Origin: Carcharhinus amblyrhynchos
Taxonomy: Eukaryota
Length of the DNA: 64,000 nucleotides
NCBI GenBank assembly: GCA_965287045.1
Contig: OZ336882.1
Span: forward strand, 6,634,001 to 6,698,000
Direction of reading: 5' to 3'
Shown here piece by piece: positions 63,117-64,000 of this stretch (the first letter of the stretch is position 1; each line of letters opens with the position of its first letter). The notes under the pieces were generated by a model, which made no database searches, had not been told where the DNA came from, and saw only the letters and a list, made by a program, of their open reading frames with translations. Position numbers and translations under genes: made by a program.

Positions 63117-63193
63117 GGGTGATGGATCTCCAGCTTCGTTTCAATCCCTTATTGGTAGACAGCGACACAAAGTGTCTCGGTCCATAATTACAA
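63117..63193 (-). promoter_or_regulatory. Pcdh promoter CSE for exon 5
   Basis: ATTGGTAGACAGCGACACAA at 63151-63170 with GGGTGATGGATCTCCAGC and CCATAATTACA blocks. Confidence 0.9.
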
Positions 63194-64000
63194 TGAAACC
63201 ATCTGAAAGCAGCATGTTAGCAAAATGAATATGTCGTCTGATGTCGTTAATGATATTTAGGTGTTGTTACCGAATACTCAGCCATTACTGCTGTAAATCC
63301 AAAAAATTACGCACATTATTAAATTGCAAACTATTACTTAATTCTTTTTGCACTTCGGAAACTGTTTGACTTCCTACTAATTCCATTATTTCTCAACTGG
63401 AGAGCATAACTTCCTCTGACGACTTACGTCAAAGCTAACTTAAAAACATTTTGTTCGGAGCATAAGCATTTGAAATTTCCTACTTTTTTGAAATCTTAAG
63501 CGAATTAAAGTTATTCTTACATATTCAATTTACAAACGCCTACCGAATTTGCCATATAAAGAGCAATATGACAATCGCGACGGGCAAATGACAATCTTTT
63601 TTTTTCCATTTCATAATTTCAACTGTGATCATAATAATCGCAATACAGAAGAAAAAAATCTGAAGTGTAAATGATCAAAAATAATAAAATATGTGTAGAA
63701 GATGGTTTGGTAACTGATACGGCTAAAATAAATTTGACTCACAGCCCGAAACAAACGTCTTCTAAATGTTAAGACACCAAACGCTTGATTTGATTTCATT
63801 TATTATTGTTACGTGGAGTGGAATACAATGAATGGCATTGTTTCTTGCGCACTATACAGACAAAAGCATGCCGTTCATAGAGTACATTGGGGTGAAGGAA
63901 AAGAGAGGGTGGAGAATATAGTGTTACATTTATAGAAAGGATGAAGAGAAATATATACTAGGTCCATTCAAAAGCCTGATGGCAGCAGGGACGAAGCTGT

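Noticed and set aside
12368-63170. Six dispersed near-identical 20-mers as a CRISPR-like or recombination-signal array
   Set aside because: They are kilobases apart in eukaryotic DNA and sit at a consistent position upstream of each exon, so they are promoter elements.

Overview
Vertebrate genomic DNA, almost certainly from a shark or ray, judged by HE1-type V-SINEs, abundant CR1 LINEs and Penelope-derived repeats. The window covers part of a clustered protocadherin (Pcdh) variable-exon array, all on the minus strand. It holds five intact ~2.45-2.5 kb variable exons (signal peptide, EC1-EC6, TM, variable cytoplasmic domain), each ending at a phase-0 GT donor. Each has a near-invariant promoter element (TTGTGTCGCTGTSTACCAAT) about 190-280 bp upstream. 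A sixth promoter drives a mini exon with a ~2 kb internal deletion that keeps its ATG and splice donor and has a second ATG in frame with the cytoplasmic tail. The spacers hide at least four heavily decayed Pcdh exon relics. One relic-plus-gene unit has been tandemly duplicated, with signs of coding-region homogenisation. Penelope-derived repeats carry minimal hammerhead-ribozyme-like motifs whose stem II covaries between copies. No constant exons were found; they should lie left of position 1. The cluster itself is a known system, so the candidate novelties are the mini exon, the relics, the extended promoter grammar and the intronic ribozyme-like motifs. All alignments were done by eye and repeat boundaries are approximate.
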